Shown here: piece after piece, positions 39,679-51,063 of the stretch | Layout: each line of letters opens with the position of its first letter | Numbering within the stretch: the stretch's first letter is position 1 | Source: an uncultured Pelagibacteraceae bacterium | GTDB lineage: Bacteria > Pseudomonadota > Alphaproteobacteria > Pelagibacterales > Pelagibacteraceae | Reading direction: 5' to 3' | NCBI GenBank assembly: GCA_902604795.1 | Contig: CACKZV010000004.1 | Span: 5,337 to 69,336 of the forward strand | DNA: 64,000 nt | The notes under the pieces: model-generated | Databases searched by the model: none | The model's input: only the letters and a program-made list of their open reading frames with translations | Told to the model about the DNA's origin: nothing | Position numbers and translations under genes: made by a program

Positions 39679-41276
39679 TGTCAGACAAAATATACATTTT
39701 CGATACTACTTTACGCGATGGGGCGCAAACACAAGGAGTTGATTTTTCTATAGATGATAAAGAAAAAATTTCAGTAGCATTAGATAATCTTGGTGTTGAC
39801 TATATTGAAGGTGGTTGGCCAGGAGCAAATCCAACAGATACAGAATTTTTTAATAAAAAACATACTTTTAATAATTCTGTATTAACAGCTTTTGGGATGA
39901 CCAAAAAGTCAGATCATAGTGCTGAAAATGATCCAATGATTTCATCATTAATAAATTCAAAGGCAAATTCAATTTGTTTATTTGGAAAATCTTGGGATTT
40001 CCATGTTGATGTTGCTTTGGGTATATCCAAAGAACAAAATTTAAAAAATATAAGCGAAAGTGCAAAACACATTATTAATTCTGGAAAAGAATTTATGTTT
40101 GATGCTGAACATTTTTTTGATGGTTATAAATCAAACAAAGAATATGCTTTGAGCTGTATTAAATCTGCATATGACGAAGGAGCCAGATGGATTGTTCTAT
40201 GCGATACCAATGGTGGAACATTGCCTCATGAAATATCTAAAATAGTTACAGACGTAATCAAGCACATCCCAGGCAAAAATTTAGGGATTCACGCACATAA
40301 CGATACAGAAAATGCTGTTGCTAATTCACTAGTTGCAATACAAGCTGGTGTTAGACAAGTGCAGGGAACTATTAATGGTTTAGGAGAAAGATGTGGTAAT
40401 GCTAATTTAATGTCACTAATTCCATCTTTATATTTAAAACACGAATTTTCTAATAATTATGAAATAAATATAAATGAAGAGAATATTAAACATTTAACAC
40501 AATGTTCTAGACTTTTAGATGAAATTCTAAACAGAAAACCAAATAAACATTTACCTTATGTTGGCGCCGCAGCATTTTCGCACAAAGGTGGGATGCACGT
40601 TTCTGCAGTACAAAAAGATCCAAAAACTTATGAACACATTGATCCGAAGGAAGTTGGAAATACAAGAAATATTGTTGTTTCGGATCAAGCTGGGCAATCT
40701 AATATTTTATCGAGATTAGAAACTATAGGAATTGATATAAAAAAAAATGATCCAAAAATTAAACAACTTTTAGAGGAAGTTAAAGGAAGAGAATTCATCG
40801 GTTATAGTTATGATGGTGCAGATGCTTCGTTTGAACTTTTAGCTAGAAGAATAGTCGGCGAAATTCCAAGGTATTTAATCATTAAAGCATATGATGTGTC
40901 CGTGAAAAAAAATACATCTGGAGAAATTGTTTCGTCAGCTAAAGCAGAGCTAGAAGTAGATGGTGAAACAATTGTCTGTCAAGGTGAAGGAAATGGTCCA
41001 GTAAATGCACTAGATAATGCTATCAGAAATAACATTAAAAAGATTTCTAAATATTCTGATTATCTTAAAGATTTAAGATTAGTTGATTACAAAGTAAGAA
41101 TATTAAATACTGGAACAGAAGCTGTAACTAGAGTTTCAATTGAAAGTACAGATTCCCAAGGGAAGAATTGGTTTACAATAGGTGTATCACCAAATATTAT
41201 AGATGCTTCATTTAAAGCATTAATAGATAGCCTTGATTATAAGTTATTCAAAGATAATGCACCAGCAAGTGCTTAA
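39678..41276 (+). CDS. cimA: Citramalate synthase
   Basis: DTTLRDGAQ, EGGWPGANP, FDAEHFFDG and HKGGMH motifs. Confidence 0.9.
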   Translation: MSDKIYIFDTTLRDGAQTQGVDFSIDDKEKISVALDNLGVDYIEGGWPGANPTDTEFFNKKHTFNNSVLTAFGMTKKSDHSAENDPMISSLINSKANSICLFGKSWDFHVDVALGISKEQNLKNISESAKHIINSGKEFMFDAEHFFDGYKSNKEYALSCIKSAYDEGARWIVLCDTNGGTLPHEISKIVTDVIKHIPGKNLGIHAHNDTENAVANSLVAIQAGVRQVQGTINGLGERCGNANLMSLIPSLYLKHEFSNNYEININEENIKHLTQCSRLLDEILNRKPNKHLPYVGAAAFSHKGGMHVSAVQKDPKTYEHIDPKEVGNTRNIVVSDQAGQSNILSRLETIGIDIKKNDPKIKQLLEEVKGREFIGYSYDGADASFELLARRIVGEIPRYLIIKAYDVSVKKNTSGEIVSSAKAELEVDGETIVCQGEGNGPVNALDNAIRNNIKKISKYSDYLKDLRLVDYKVRILNTGTEAVTRVSIESTDSQGKNWFTIGVSPNIIDASFKALIDSLDYKLFKDNAPASA

Positions 41277-41989
41277 TGAATTTTAATAATATTTCATTCA
41301 TTCTTCACAAACCTCAGCTATCTGAAAATATTGGATTATGTGCAAGGGCTATGAAGAATTTTGGTTTTAAGAATTTATCAGTAATAGATCCAAAACCAAT
41401 ATTTCCAAATGATAAAATTATTGCAACTTCTGTTGGAGCTAAAGATATAATAAAAAAAACTAAAGTTTTTTCAGACTTAGAAAAATCATTAACTAAGACT
41501 GATATTCTAATTGCAACCTCTGCAAGGTTTAGAAATAAAAATATTAAGCATATTACTTTAGATGACTTAAAAAAAATAAACTTTACAAAGAAAGTGAGTT
41601 TTTTATTTGGCTCAGAAGCTTCTGGATTAACAAATAATGAAGTCAGTTATGCCGATTATACTTTGCAAATTCCAAGTAATAGTAAATTTAGATCACTAAA
41701 TTTATCACACAGTCTAGTTATTGTAGCTCAAACAGTTTCATACTTAATATCAATAAATAAAGTTGATTTTCAAAAGTCAAAAAAAATACAAACAGCTACT
41801 AAGAAGGAAATATCTAGCATGATGAACTTTTGTTTATCTACCTTAGAAAACCAAAATTTTTTTAAACAAAAGACCAAAAAACCTATAATGTTAGAAAATT
41901 TAAGAAGCATTTTTTATAAAATGGAACTTTCTAAAAAAGAAATACGCATTTTATCAAGTGTATTTGCAGGTCTAAGTAAAAAACCTTGA
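41276..41989 (+). CDS. trmJ: SPOUT RNA methyltransferase, TrmJ family
   Basis: ENIGLCARAMKNFG, FGSEASGL and SLNLSH motifs. Confidence 0.85.
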   Translation: MNFNNISFILHKPQLSENIGLCARAMKNFGFKNLSVIDPKPIFPNDKIIATSVGAKDIIKKTKVFSDLEKSLTKTDILIATSARFRNKNIKHITLDDLKKINFTKKVSFLFGSEASGLTNNEVSYADYTLQIPSNSKFRSLNLSHSLVIVAQTVSYLISINKVDFQKSKKIQTATKKEISSMMNFCLSTLENQNFFKQKTKKPIMLENLRSIFYKMELSKKEIRILSSVFAGLSKKP

Positions 41990-42017
41990 TTGACAAAAAT
42001 ATTTTGATGTCTATAAA
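41990..42017 (+). promoter_or_regulatory. Sigma70-type promoter for rpsD
   Basis: TTGACA-16 nt-TATAAA ending 15 nt before the rpsD ATG. Confidence 0.65.
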
Positions 42018-42032
42018 GCCCCTAACCACAAT

Positions 42033-42650
42033 ATGACAAAACGATTAAATTCAAAACATAAAGTAGATAGAAGACTTAAAGTGAATTTATGGGGTAGACC
42101 CAAAAGTCCGTTTAATACTAGGGCATATCCTCCAGGACAACACGGACAAACAAAATCATCTAAACCATCAGATTACGGCATTCAACTTCAAGCTAAACAA
42201 AAACTTAAATGTTACTATGGTAACATGAATGAAAGACAATTTAGAAATATGTATAAGAAGGCCATTATGAAAAAAGGTGATACAGCAGAAAATTTAATTG
42301 GTTTACTAGAGAGAAGGTTAGATGCAGTAATTTATAGATCAAAATTATCAAATACTATTTTTTCATCCAGACAACTAATTAACCATGGACACGTTAGGGT
42401 TAATGGTAAAAAAGTTAATATCTCCAGCTATCAAGTAAAAGAGGAAGATAGTATTGAAATAAGAGACAAGTCTAAACAATTAGCTTTGATAGATATAGCT
42501 CTTGCTAACAAAGAAAGAGAAGTTCCTGAGTATTTACAACTAGATGAGAAAAATAAAAAAGTTAAATTTGTAAGAATACCAAAGTTTGAGGAAGTTCCTT
42601 ATCCTGTTGTTATGGAACCTAATCTTGTAATCGAGTATTATTCTAGATAA
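42033..42650 (+). CDS. rpsD: 30S ribosomal protein S4
   Basis: PGQHG, SDYGIQLQAKQK, LERRLD and VIEYYSR motifs. Confidence 0.98.
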   Translation: MTKRLNSKHKVDRRLKVNLWGRPKSPFNTRAYPPGQHGQTKSSKPSDYGIQLQAKQKLKCYYGNMNERQFRNMYKKAIMKKGDTAENLIGLLERRLDAVIYRSKLSNTIFSSRQLINHGHVRVNGKKVNISSYQVKEEDSIEIRDKSKQLALIDIALANKEREVPEYLQLDEKNKKVKFVRIPKFEEVPYPVVMEPNLVIEYYSR

Positions 42651-42675
42651 TTAATTAATAATATTAAAAGCAATT

Positions 42676-43014
42676 TTAGCTTTTCTTCTTAAATTCTATT
42701 CCGTTTTCTTCAAATAGTTTTACTAATTCTCCACTCTCGTACATCTCTTTAACAATATCACATCCACCAATGAATTCGTTTTTAACATATAGCTGTGGGA
42801 TTGTAGGCCAATCACTATAAACTTTTATTCCCTCTCTAAGATTTTGATCAGCTAAAACATTTACACCTTTAAAATTCACTTCAAGCATTTTTAAAATATT
42901 CGTAACAGCCATAGAAAATCCACACTGAGGAGAATCTGGTGTTCCTTTCATGAATAAGCACACTTCATTAGTTTTAATTTCATTGTTAATTAATTCATTT
43001 GTTTGACTATCCAT
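42676..43014 (-). CDS. grxD: Monothiol glutaredoxin Grx4
   Basis: FMKGTP...CGFS and WPTIPQLY motifs. Confidence 0.96.
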   Translation of the reverse strand: MDSQTNELINNEIKTNEVCLFMKGTPDSPQCGFSMAVTNILKMLEVNFKGVNVLADQNLREGIKVYSDWPTIPQLYVKNEFIGGCDIVKEMYESGELVKLFEENGIEFKKKS

Positions 43015-43245
43015 TTAGTTCTCCTTAGTTTTAACTGCTAGTGCATGTAATTCGTTGCCCATTTTTCCTTTAAGTGAATTGTATACCATTTTGTGTTGTT
43101 GAATTTTACTCTTTCCTGCAAATTGCGACGAAATTACTGTAGCTGAGTAATGATTACCGTCTCCTGCAAGATCTTGAATTTCTATCTTAGCATCTGGTAA
43201 TGCCTCTTTTATTAAGCTTTCGATTTCTTTTAAATCCATTGCCAT
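43015..43245 (-). CDS. bolA: BolA family protein
   Basis: GDGNHY, QQHKMVY and LHAL motifs; next to grxD. Confidence 0.92.
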   Translation of the reverse strand: MAMDLKEIESLIKEALPDAKIEIQDLAGDGNHYSATVISSQFAGKSKIQQHKMVYNSLKGKMGNELHALAVKTKEN

Positions 43246-45440
43246 TAATTAACCATATATTCCTTTAACCAATTTTTATAGCCTTCTTTAATATCGTCAA
43301 TTGATAATTTTAGATCATTTTCTAATGAAATTTTATCACCTTCCACCAAACCTAATTTATCAAAATGAATAGAGTCCTTTTTAAGTATATTTTCAACATT
43401 TTTTAAATTTTCTGGTTTAATTTCAATTATATATCTTCCCTGATCTTCACCAAAAAAAAACTCAAATTTATTTACTAAGCCCTCTAAAGAAAACAATCTC
43501 ACACCTTTGCCACTCTTTATAATCATTTTAGATAAAGCGGTTAAAATTCCTCCTAAGGATACGTCGTGACAGGTCTCAATTAAATTTTTATTTCTTAAAT
43601 TTAAAATACTCATTCCATTTTGTTTTTCATTGAATAAGTTAACTTCTGGTGGAGGACCATTAAATTCAGACAATATATTTCTTGCAAATACTGATTGATC
43701 TAAGTGTCCTTCAGTTTTACCAACTACTAAAAGATAATTACCTTCATTCTTTAATTCCATTGTCATCATTTTTTTATAGTCAGATAATAAACCTATGCCT
43801 CCTATTGAGGGTGTGGGTTTAATTCCCCTATCTTTTGTTTCATTATAAAAAGAGACATTTCCTGAAACCACTGGGTAATTTAAATATTTAGATGCCTCTG
43901 TAATCCCCTCAACACATTCTACAAATTCACCCATATTTTTCTCTTTTTCTGGATTACCAAAATTCAGGCAATTTGTGATTGCTATTGGTTTTGCACCTAC
44001 AGAAATCATATTTCTCCAACTTTCACAAACTACTTGTTTACCACCTGTTAATGGATGTGCATGACAATAAGTTGCTGATGAATCTACTGCTGCAGCAACG
44101 GCTTTATTTGTGCCATGAACCCTAACAACACCAGCATTCCCACCAGGTTTTTGTATAGTATCACCCATGACTGTATGATCATACTGGTCCCAGATCCATT
44201 CTTTATCAGCAATATTTGGATCAATTAAAACTTTCTTTAAACAATCATTAATTTTTAAAGATTTAAATTGATCCTTTGAAAATTTATTTTCTTTTGGCAG
44301 TTTTGCTTTTATCCATTTTCGATCGTACATAGGTGCATTCTCCGCTAAAAAATCAATTGGAATTTCAGCAACTTTTTCATTCTTAAAAAATAATTCAATA
44401 TTTTTACTATTTGTTGTTTTTCCAATTACAGCGAAGTCTAGGTTCCACTTATCAAATATTTTTTTTGCTTCATTTTCTTTTCCTTCCTCTAAAACAATAA
44501 GCATTCTCTCTTGGCTTTCTGAGAGCATTATCTCATAAGGTGTCATATTTTCTTCTCTACAAGGAACTTTTGTTAAATCTATTTCAATACCTAAATCACC
44601 TTTAGATGCCATCTCAATGCTAGAGGATGTTAAACCTGCAGCACCCATGTCCTGAATTGATATTATTGATCTATCAGCCATTAGCTCAAGACAAGCCTCA
44701 AGAAGTAGCTTTTCAGTGAACGGATCACCAACCTGAACCGTAGGTTTTTTTTCTTCTATCTTATCGTCAAAAATAGCTGATGCCATACTTGCACCATGTA
44801 TTCCGTCCCTGCCAGTTTTTGAACCAACATAAATTACTGGCTTGTTAATTCCAGCAGCTTTTGAATAAAATATTTTATTTTTATTAACTAAACCTAATGT
44901 CATTGCATTGACTAAAATATTTCCATTATAAGACTCATCAAAACAAGTTTGACCAGCAATTGTGGGAACACCAATACAATTACCATATCCACCAATGCCT
45001 TTTACAACTCCTCTTAAAAGATTTCTCGTTTTTTCATGGTCTGGAGAACCAAAATGAATAGAATTTAAGTTGGCAATAGGCCTGGCACCCATTGTAAATA
45101 CATCTCTCATAATTCCACCAACACCCGTTGCTGCTCCTTGATAAGGCTCAATATACGAAGGATGGTTATGGCTTTCTATTTTAAATACAATTGCATCATC
45201 GTCATCAATATCTACAACTCCAGCATTTTCTCCAGGACCTTGAATAACCTGGTTCCCTTTAGTGTGTAATTTTTTTAGGTGTCTCCTGGATGATTTATAA
45301 GAGCAGTGCTCATTCCACATTGCTGAAAAAATACCTAATTCAGTAATATTTGGTGTTCTTTTTAAAAGATCACAGATTTTCTTATATTCATCTCTTTTTA
45401 ATCCATGCTCAATTGCTATTTTTTCATTAACTTCAACCAT
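43245..45440 (-). CDS. purL: Phosphoribosylformylglycinamidine synthase subunit PurL
   Basis: [23 protein letters not shown] and LSESQERM motifs. Confidence 0.98.
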   Translation of the reverse strand: MVEVNEKIAIEHGLKRDEYKKICDLLKRTPNITELGIFSAMWNEHCSYKSSRRHLKKLHTKGNQVIQGPGENAGVVDIDDDDAIVFKIESHNHPSYIEPYQGAATGVGGIMRDVFTMGARPIANLNSIHFGSPDHEKTRNLLRGVVKGIGGYGNCIGVPTIAGQTCFDESYNGNILVNAMTLGLVNKNKIFYSKAAGINKPVIYVGSKTGRDGIHGASMASAIFDDKIEEKKPTVQVGDPFTEKLLLEACLELMADRSIISIQDMGAAGLTSSSIEMASKGDLGIEIDLTKVPCREENMTPYEIMLSESQERMLIVLEEGKENEAKKIFDKWNLDFAVIGKTTNSKNIELFFKNEKVAEIPIDFLAENAPMYDRKWIKAKLPKENKFSKDQFKSLKINDCLKKVLIDPNIADKEWIWDQYDHTVMGDTIQKPGGNAGVVRVHGTNKAVAAAVDSSATYCHAHPLTGGKQVVCESWRNMISVGAKPIAITNCLNFGNPEKEKNMGEFVECVEGITEASKYLNYPVVSGNVSFYNETKDRGIKPTPSIGGIGLLSDYKKMMTMELKNEGNYLLVVGKTEGHLDQSVFARNILSEFNGPPPEVNLFNEKQNGMSILNLRNKNLIETCHDVSLGGILTALSKMIIKSGKGVRLFSLEGLVNKFEFFFGEDQGRYIIEIKPENLKNVENILKKDSIHFDKLGLVEGDKISLENDLKLSIDDIKEGYKNWLKEYMVN

Positions 45441-46120
45441 TATAAGCTTTCAATTAAATTTTCAAAAAATAGTGATCCATCTTCACCTGATAAAAATGGA
45501 TCAATCATTCTCTCAGGATGAGGCATCATTCCTAAAATATTTTTATCTTTATTAAATATACCGGCTATATTTTTTAAGGCCCCATTTGGGTTATTCTTTT
45601 CATCATCATTTCCTTCATGGTCGCAATATGTAACAGCAATTTGTCCGTTATCTTCAATTGATTTTAATTCATCCTTTGAGCAGAAATAATTTCCTTCGTT
45701 GTGAGCAATATGAAGTTCTAAAACTTCTTTTTTAATTTTTTTAAAATATTTATTTTCTTTATTTTTAATTTTTACAAAAACATTTTTACATATAAAATTT
45801 AAGTATTTGTTTTGTAGAAGTATTCCAGGAAGCAGACCTGTCTCAGTGAGAATTTGAAAACCGTTACAAATTCCAAGAACCAATCCTCCTGAATTTGCAA
45901 AATCAATTACAGATTTAATTATTTTCGATTTTCCAGCAATACTTCCACATCTAAGATAATCACCATAAGAAAAACCACCAGGCAACACAATTAAATCACT
46001 TTTAGGTATTTTAATATCGTTATGCCAAATCATTTGATTTTGAAAACCAAATTTTTTTAAAGCTACATCCATGTCTCTGTCACAATTTGAACCGGGGAAT
46101 ATAATTACAGATGATTTCAT
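45440..46120 (-). CDS. purQ: Phosphoribosylformylglycinamidine synthase subunit PurQ
   Basis: [24 protein letters not shown] and MPHPER motifs; start at ATG 46120. Confidence 0.97.
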   Translation of the reverse strand: MKSSVIIFPGSNCDRDMDVALKKFGFQNQMIWHNDIKIPKSDLIVLPGGFSYGDYLRCGSIAGKSKIIKSVIDFANSGGLVLGICNGFQILTETGLLPGILLQNKYLNFICKNVFVKIKNKENKYFKKIKKEVLELHIAHNEGNYFCSKDELKSIEDNGQIAVTYCDHEGNDDEKNNPNGALKNIAGIFNKDKNILGMMPHPERMIDPFLSGEDGSLFFENLIESL

Positions 46121-46127
46121 TAAATAG

Positions 46128-46361
46128 TTACAAGATGTTATAATCCTCAATAACTAGATTAGCTAAAAGTTTTTTACACATTTCTTCTACTTGAAATTTA
46201 GCTTTACCTTCATCACTTTCATTTACCTCAATGTCAAAATATTTTCCTTGTCTAACTTCTGAAACATTATTAAAAGCCATCCCATTCAGAGTTTGCTGTA
46301 TAGCTTTACCTTGTGGATCTAGTACACCATTTTTCAAAGTGACTATTACTTTTACTTTCAT
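46128..46361 (-). CDS. purS: Phosphoribosylformylglycinamidine synthase subunit PurS
   Basis: VLDPQG and LLANLVIEDY motifs. Confidence 0.96.
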   Translation of the reverse strand: MKVKVIVTLKNGVLDPQGKAIQQTLNGMAFNNVSEVRQGKYFDIEVNESDEGKAKFQVEEMCKKLLANLVIEDYNIL

Positions 46362-47143
46362 TTTTTTTTAATTTTTACAGCTTTTGGTTTAGGATAAGTT
46401 AAAGGTCTTACATTTGATTGTTCGTGTAAAATATTTAATCTAACAGCTACTTCTTGATAAGCTTCAACTAAGCTCCCCAAGTTATTTCTAAATCTATCTT
46501 TATCAAGTTTTTTATCTGTTCTGATGTCCCAAAGTCTGCAAGTATCAGGGCTTATTTCATCTGCAAGCATGACTTCTCTTTTACTATCACTTTCACATCT
46601 TCCAAATTCTACTTTAAAATCTACTAATTTAATACCTACGCCTCTAAACATACCTTGAAGAAAATCATTTATTCTTCTTACTTCTTCATAAATAAAATCT
46701 AACTCAAATACATCCATCCATTTAAAAGCTAAAATATGTTCTCTGCTTATTAATGGATCGCCTAAATCATCATTCTTTAAGCAATATTCAACTAATGGAT
46801 AATCCAATATCGTTCCATCTTCTATTCCTAATCTTTTTGTTAAAGATCCTGTAGCAATATTTCTTACAATAAATTCAATTGGAATAATTTCAACCAACTT
46901 TACTAGTTGTTCTCTCATGTTAAGTCTTTTTACCAAATGATTTTTGATACCAACATTGCTTAATTGAGTAAGAATATGTTCTGAAATTCTATTGTTTAAA
47001 ATCCCTTTTCCTTCAATGATATCTTTTTTTTGATTGTTGAAAGCAGTAGCATCATCCTTGAAGTGTTGAATTACTAAGTTCTTATCACTGGTTGCATAAA
47101 TTATTTTTGCTTTACCCTCGTATAATTTTTTACCTTTTTTCAT
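46358..47143 (-). CDS. purC: SAICAR synthetase
   Basis: LYEGKAK, DFKVEFG, LADEISPD and DKDRFR motifs. Confidence 0.97.
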   Translation of the reverse strand: MKKGKKLYEGKAKIIYATSDKNLVIQHFKDDATAFNNQKKDIIEGKGILNNRISEHILTQLSNVGIKNHLVKRLNMREQLVKLVEIIPIEFIVRNIATGSLTKRLGIEDGTILDYPLVEYCLKNDDLGDPLISREHILAFKWMDVFELDFIYEEVRRINDFLQGMFRGVGIKLVDFKVEFGRCESDSKREVMLADEISPDTCRLWDIRTDKKLDKDRFRNNLGSLVEAYQEVAVRLNILHEQSNVRPLTYPKPKAVKIKKK

Positions 47144-48435
47144 TATTTAAACACCCTGTTAAAAATTAAATTAACATTCTTAAAGTGTGTGGAATAATCA
47201 AATATTTTTTTCATTTTTTTACTTGATATCCTAGATGTAATGTTTTTGTCACTCATCACAACATCTAAAAGGTTAAGATTATCTGCTATGCATTTTTTAG
47301 CGTGAGCTTGGACTAATCTATAGGAATTTTCTCTAGTTAAACCTGATTTAGTTAATTCAAGCATCAATTCTTGTGAGAAAATGGTACCTTTTGTGATATT
47401 AAGATTATCAAGCATTTTCTTTGGATAGACTATCATTTTATCTAAAACGTTTGCCAATCTCACTAAAGCAAAATCCAATGTTATATTCGCATCAGGCCCT
47501 ATGTTTCTTTCTACACTTGAGTGTGAAATATCTCTCTCATGCCAAAGTGCAATATTTTCTAAAGCCGGTATAGTGTAGCTTCTAACCATTCTGGCTAGTC
47601 CTGTTAAGTTTTCACTTAATATTGGATTCTTTTTATGTGGCATTGCACTTGATCCTTTTTGTTTTTTTGAAAAAAATTCCTGCAATTCATAAACTTCAGT
47701 TCTTTGTAAGTGTCTAATTTCAGTAGAAACTCTCTCAATTGATCCTGCTATAATACCTAAAACTGAAAAATAATATGCATGCCTATCTCTTGGAATAACT
47801 TGTGTAGATACTGGCTCAGCCTTTAATCCCAGTTTTTTAGCAACATGTTTTTCTACATTAGGATTTATATTTGCAAAAGTACCAACAGCACCAGAAATTG
47901 CACATGTTGATATTTCATCTATAGCACTATTTAATCTTTTTCTATTTCTTTTAAATTCCTCATAATAAGATGCTAATTTAAGTCCAAATGTTATAGGTTC
48001 AGCATGAATACCATGACTTCTGCCCATACATGGAGTGAATTTATATTTTTTTGCTTTTGATTTTAAAACTTTTAATATTTGATCAATATCCTTTAATAAA
48101 ATCTTGCCAGACTGGATTAATTGAATATTAAAACTTGTATCTACTATATCTGATGAGGTCATTCCTTGATGTAAGTATCTTGCTTTTATACCTACTTTTT
48201 CAGTAACTGATGTAAGAAATGCTATAACATCGTGTTTTACTTTAGCTTCAATGCTATGAATTCTCTTAACATTAATTTTAGTTTTTTTTCTGACAGCACT
48301 TGCCACTCCTTTTGGAATAGTTCCTAATTTTTCCATTCCTTCGGCTGCAGCAATCTCTACATCTAACCAGATTTTATATTTATTATATTCAGACCAGATA
48401 TCCGTAAGTTTTTTTCTAGAGTATCGTGTTATCAT
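47143..48435 (-). CDS. purB: Adenylosuccinate lyase
   Basis: KHDVIAF, GRSHGIHAEP and GSSAMPHKKNP motifs. Confidence 0.97.
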   Translation of the reverse strand: MITRYSRKKLTDIWSEYNKYKIWLDVEIAAAEGMEKLGTIPKGVASAVRKKTKINVKRIHSIEAKVKHDVIAFLTSVTEKVGIKARYLHQGMTSSDIVDTSFNIQLIQSGKILLKDIDQILKVLKSKAKKYKFTPCMGRSHGIHAEPITFGLKLASYYEEFKRNRKRLNSAIDEISTCAISGAVGTFANINPNVEKHVAKKLGLKAEPVSTQVIPRDRHAYYFSVLGIIAGSIERVSTEIRHLQRTEVYELQEFFSKKQKGSSAMPHKKNPILSENLTGLARMVRSYTIPALENIALWHERDISHSSVERNIGPDANITLDFALVRLANVLDKMIVYPKKMLDNLNITKGTIFSQELMLELTKSGLTRENSYRLVQAHAKKCIADNLNLLDVVMSDKNITSRISSKKMKKIFDYSTHFKNVNLIFNRVFK

Positions 48436-49205
48436 TAATTATATGGAGGCCTCGTATAACCTTTAACAGATTCTGTGAAAATTTCATACGAGTCTTCTGT
48501 AATTCCTATTGTATGCTCAAATTGTGCAGATAAAGACTTATCCTTTGTAACTGCTGTCCATCCATCATTTAAAACCTTAACATCTAATTTTCCAACATTG
48601 ATCATCGGTTCTATTGTAAAAGTCATACCAGGTATTAACTCATATCCTGTATTCTTCTTACCATAATGAAGAATATTAGGTTGCTCATGAAAAGTATTAC
48701 TTATACCGTGACCACAAAAGTCTCTAACAACTGAAAATCCTCTCGCTTCAACAAAGGATTGAATTTCATGACCAATGTCACCTAATTTTATTCCTGGTTT
48801 CAAAATTTCTATTCCTTTCATCATCGACTCGTAAGTTGTTTCAATTAAATTTTTTGCTTTAACTGGTATGTCTCCAACCGTAAACATTCGGCTAGTATCA
48901 CCATAATATTCATTTACTACTGCAGTTACATCTATGTTTACCGAGTCGCCATCATTTAATACTCTGTCAGAAGGGGTGCCATGACAAACGACATGATTTA
49001 AAGATGTGCATAAAGATTTTTTGAAACCTCTATAATATAAAGGAGCAGAGTGACCACCATTATCTCTAATGAATTCATATCCCAGTTTATCAATTTTATT
49101 TGTGGTAACACCTTCCTTAACTTCATTTGTTAGCATATCTAAAGTTTGAGATGCAAGTTTCCCAGCAATTCTCATTTTCTCAAATTTTTCTGAATATTTA
49201 CTCAT
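48435..49205 (-). CDS. map: Methionine aminopeptidase type I
   Basis: VCHG, GDTSR, CGHGI, FTIEPMIN and SAQFEHT motifs. Confidence 0.97.
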   Translation of the reverse strand: MSKYSEKFEKMRIAGKLASQTLDMLTNEVKEGVTTNKIDKLGYEFIRDNGGHSAPLYYRGFKKSLCTSLNHVVCHGTPSDRVLNDGDSVNIDVTAVVNEYYGDTSRMFTVGDIPVKAKNLIETTYESMMKGIEILKPGIKLGDIGHEIQSFVEARGFSVVRDFCGHGISNTFHEQPNILHYGKKNTGYELIPGMTFTIEPMINVGKLDVKVLNDGWTAVTKDKSLSAQFEHTIGITEDSYEIFTESVKGYTRPPYN

Positions 49206-49884
49206 CTAAAATTTTTATTTTTTTTTCAATTTTAATTTCTTTAGAATTTAAACTACATCTGTAAGCAAGAAAGCTTACACCAGATTTTTTAGCATCTAAA
49301 TATTCTTTATAATAAGTAGAGTCTATATCTTTTGCTATTCTAAAATTATTTATACCCTGAATTTGAGTTAAAAATAAGACATAAGGTTTATATCCTTTCT
49401 TAATAGATTCCTTTAATTTTTGAAGGTGTTTTGTGCCCCTCGAGGTAACAGCATCAGGAAATTCTGCAATATCTTCTTCTCTGATCAGTGTTGTATTTTT
49501 TACCTCTAATATTTTCTTATCGCATAAAAAATCAAACCTAGTATCGTCAGAATACTTAAATTCTGGTTTAATATTTTTAATCGTATTAAATTCCTTAATT
49601 AATTTATTCTCTAAAGCATGTTCAACAATTCTATTTGCTCTATGCGTATTTACTCCAATTATTCTTTTTTTTACTTTTATCATTTCCAGGGTGAATTTTA
49701 ATTTACGTTTTGGGTCATTATGTTCACTAATCAAAGCTTCATTTCCTTGATCTAGTAAACCCATCATAGAACCAGTATTTGGGCAGTGTGCCACAACAGT
49801 TTTATTATTTACTTCTATATCAGTGAAAAATCTTTTATATCTCCGGATAAATTTGCCTTTTAATAAAGTGTTGGTAAATTTCAT
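49198..49884 (-). CDS. sfsA: DNA/RNA nuclease SfsA (sugar fermentation stimulation protein)
   Basis: RRYKRF, HCPNTGSM and FPDAVTSRGTKHL motifs. True start is MKFTNTLL at 49884; the ORF-track extension overlaps the divergent gene. Confidence 0.93.
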   Translation of the reverse strand: MKFTNTLLKGKFIRRYKRFFTDIEVNNKTVVAHCPNTGSMMGLLDQGNEALISEHNDPKRKLKFTLEMIKVKKRIIGVNTHRANRIVEHALENKLIKEFNTIKNIKPEFKYSDDTRFDFLCDKKILEVKNTTLIREEDIAEFPDAVTSRGTKHLQKLKESIKKGYKPYVLFLTQIQGINNFRIAKDIDSTYYKEYLDAKKSGVSFLAYRCSLNSKEIKIEKKIKILDE

Positions 49885-49906
49885 ACAGTTTAATTTATAT
49901 TTAGAA

Positions 49907-50659
49907 ATGACTAATAAAAAAGAAATATCTGCATCAATAATTATAATAGGAAACGAAGTATTGTCTGGCAGAACAAAAGATCTAAATACAAGCACGCTTG
50001 CAACATGGTTAAATTCATTAGGAATTGCGGTAGGTGAGGTGAGAGTGATTCCTGATATAATGCAAACAATAATAGACACTGTGCATGAGTTAAGAGTTAA
50101 ATACAACTATGTGTTTACTACTGGCGGTATTGGACCAACTCATGATGATATTACTGCAGAATCAATTTCAAAGGCATTTAACATTGAATATGGGTTTCAT
50201 AAAGAAGCATTTGCTATATTAGAAAAATATTATGAACCTGGTAATTTTAATGATGGTAGACAAAAAATGGCAAAGATGCCTGTTACAGCTAATTTAATTT
50301 TAAATCCTTCAAGTGGTGCACCAGGATTTTATGTTGAGAACGTTTTTTCTCTTCCAGGGGTTCCATCTATATTAAGAGCAATGATAGGTGGGTTAAATAA
50401 TGTGTTAGTTGGTGGAGATCCAATTTTAAGCAAAACAATTAATTTAAGAACGTATGAAAGTGAAATTGCAAGTTCGTTAACAAATGTTCAAGATAATAAT
50501 AAAGACGTTGAAATTGGAAGTTATCCTTTTTTTAGACAAGGTAAATTAGGTGTGTCAATTGTATTAAGATCTAAACATCAGCATAAAATAGATCTATGCA
50601 ATTCATTAATTCTTGAGTTTGTAAGGGCAAAAAATATTGAAGTAGTTGAATTAGAGTAA
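49907..50659 (+). CDS. CinA-like molybdopterin-binding domain protein
   Basis: IIGNEVLSGRTKD, TTGGIGPTHDDIT and LPGVP motifs; start at ATG 49907. Confidence 0.9.
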   Translation: MTNKKEISASIIIIGNEVLSGRTKDLNTSTLATWLNSLGIAVGEVRVIPDIMQTIIDTVHELRVKYNYVFTTGGIGPTHDDITAESISKAFNIEYGFHKEAFAILEKYYEPGNFNDGRQKMAKMPVTANLILNPSSGAPGFYVENVFSLPGVPSILRAMIGGLNNVLVGGDPILSKTINLRTYESEIASSLTNVQDNNKDVEIGSYPFFRQGKLGVSIVLRSKHQHKIDLCNSLILEFVRAKNIEVVELE

Positions 50660-51063
50660 TGTTATATTTTGCATACGGGAGTAATCTTAATCTTTTTCAA
50701 ATGAAACGAAGATGTAAAGACTCAGTGTTCTTGAGAAAATATGAACTTAAGGGTTATAAGTTAAACTTTAGAAGTAAATATAGAGCTGCTGACATTGAAA
50801 AAAGTAAAAATTCTTTAGTTCCTGGAGCTTTATTCGAAATATCAAAAAGTGATGAAAAAAAATTAGATGTCTACGAGGATTATCCAGTGCTCTATAAGAA
50901 ATTATATTTTAGCTATTATAATAAAAGAGTAATGACTTATATTATGGTTAACAAAACAGAATTTAGATATCCTACGGAGAGATATCTTAATGTTGTAAAG
51001 CAAGGCTATAAAGATTGTAAATTAAATTTTGATTATTTAACTAGAGCATTAAATAAATTTTAA
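50659..51063 (+). CDS. Gamma-glutamylcyclotransferase family protein
   Basis: YFAYGSNL and LDVYE motifs. Confidence 0.85.
   Translation: MLYFAYGSNLNLFQMKRRCKDSVFLRKYELKGYKLNFRSKYRAADIEKSKNSLVPGALFEISKSDEKKLDVYEDYPVLYKKLYFSYYNKRVMTYIMVNKTEFRYPTERYLNVVKQGYKDCKLNFDYLTRALNKF

Noticed and set aside
49823-50106. Apparent long overlap of the sfsA and cinA-like ORFs
   Set aside because: Artefact of longest-ORF starts; recognisable starts are 49884 (minus) and 49907 (plus).
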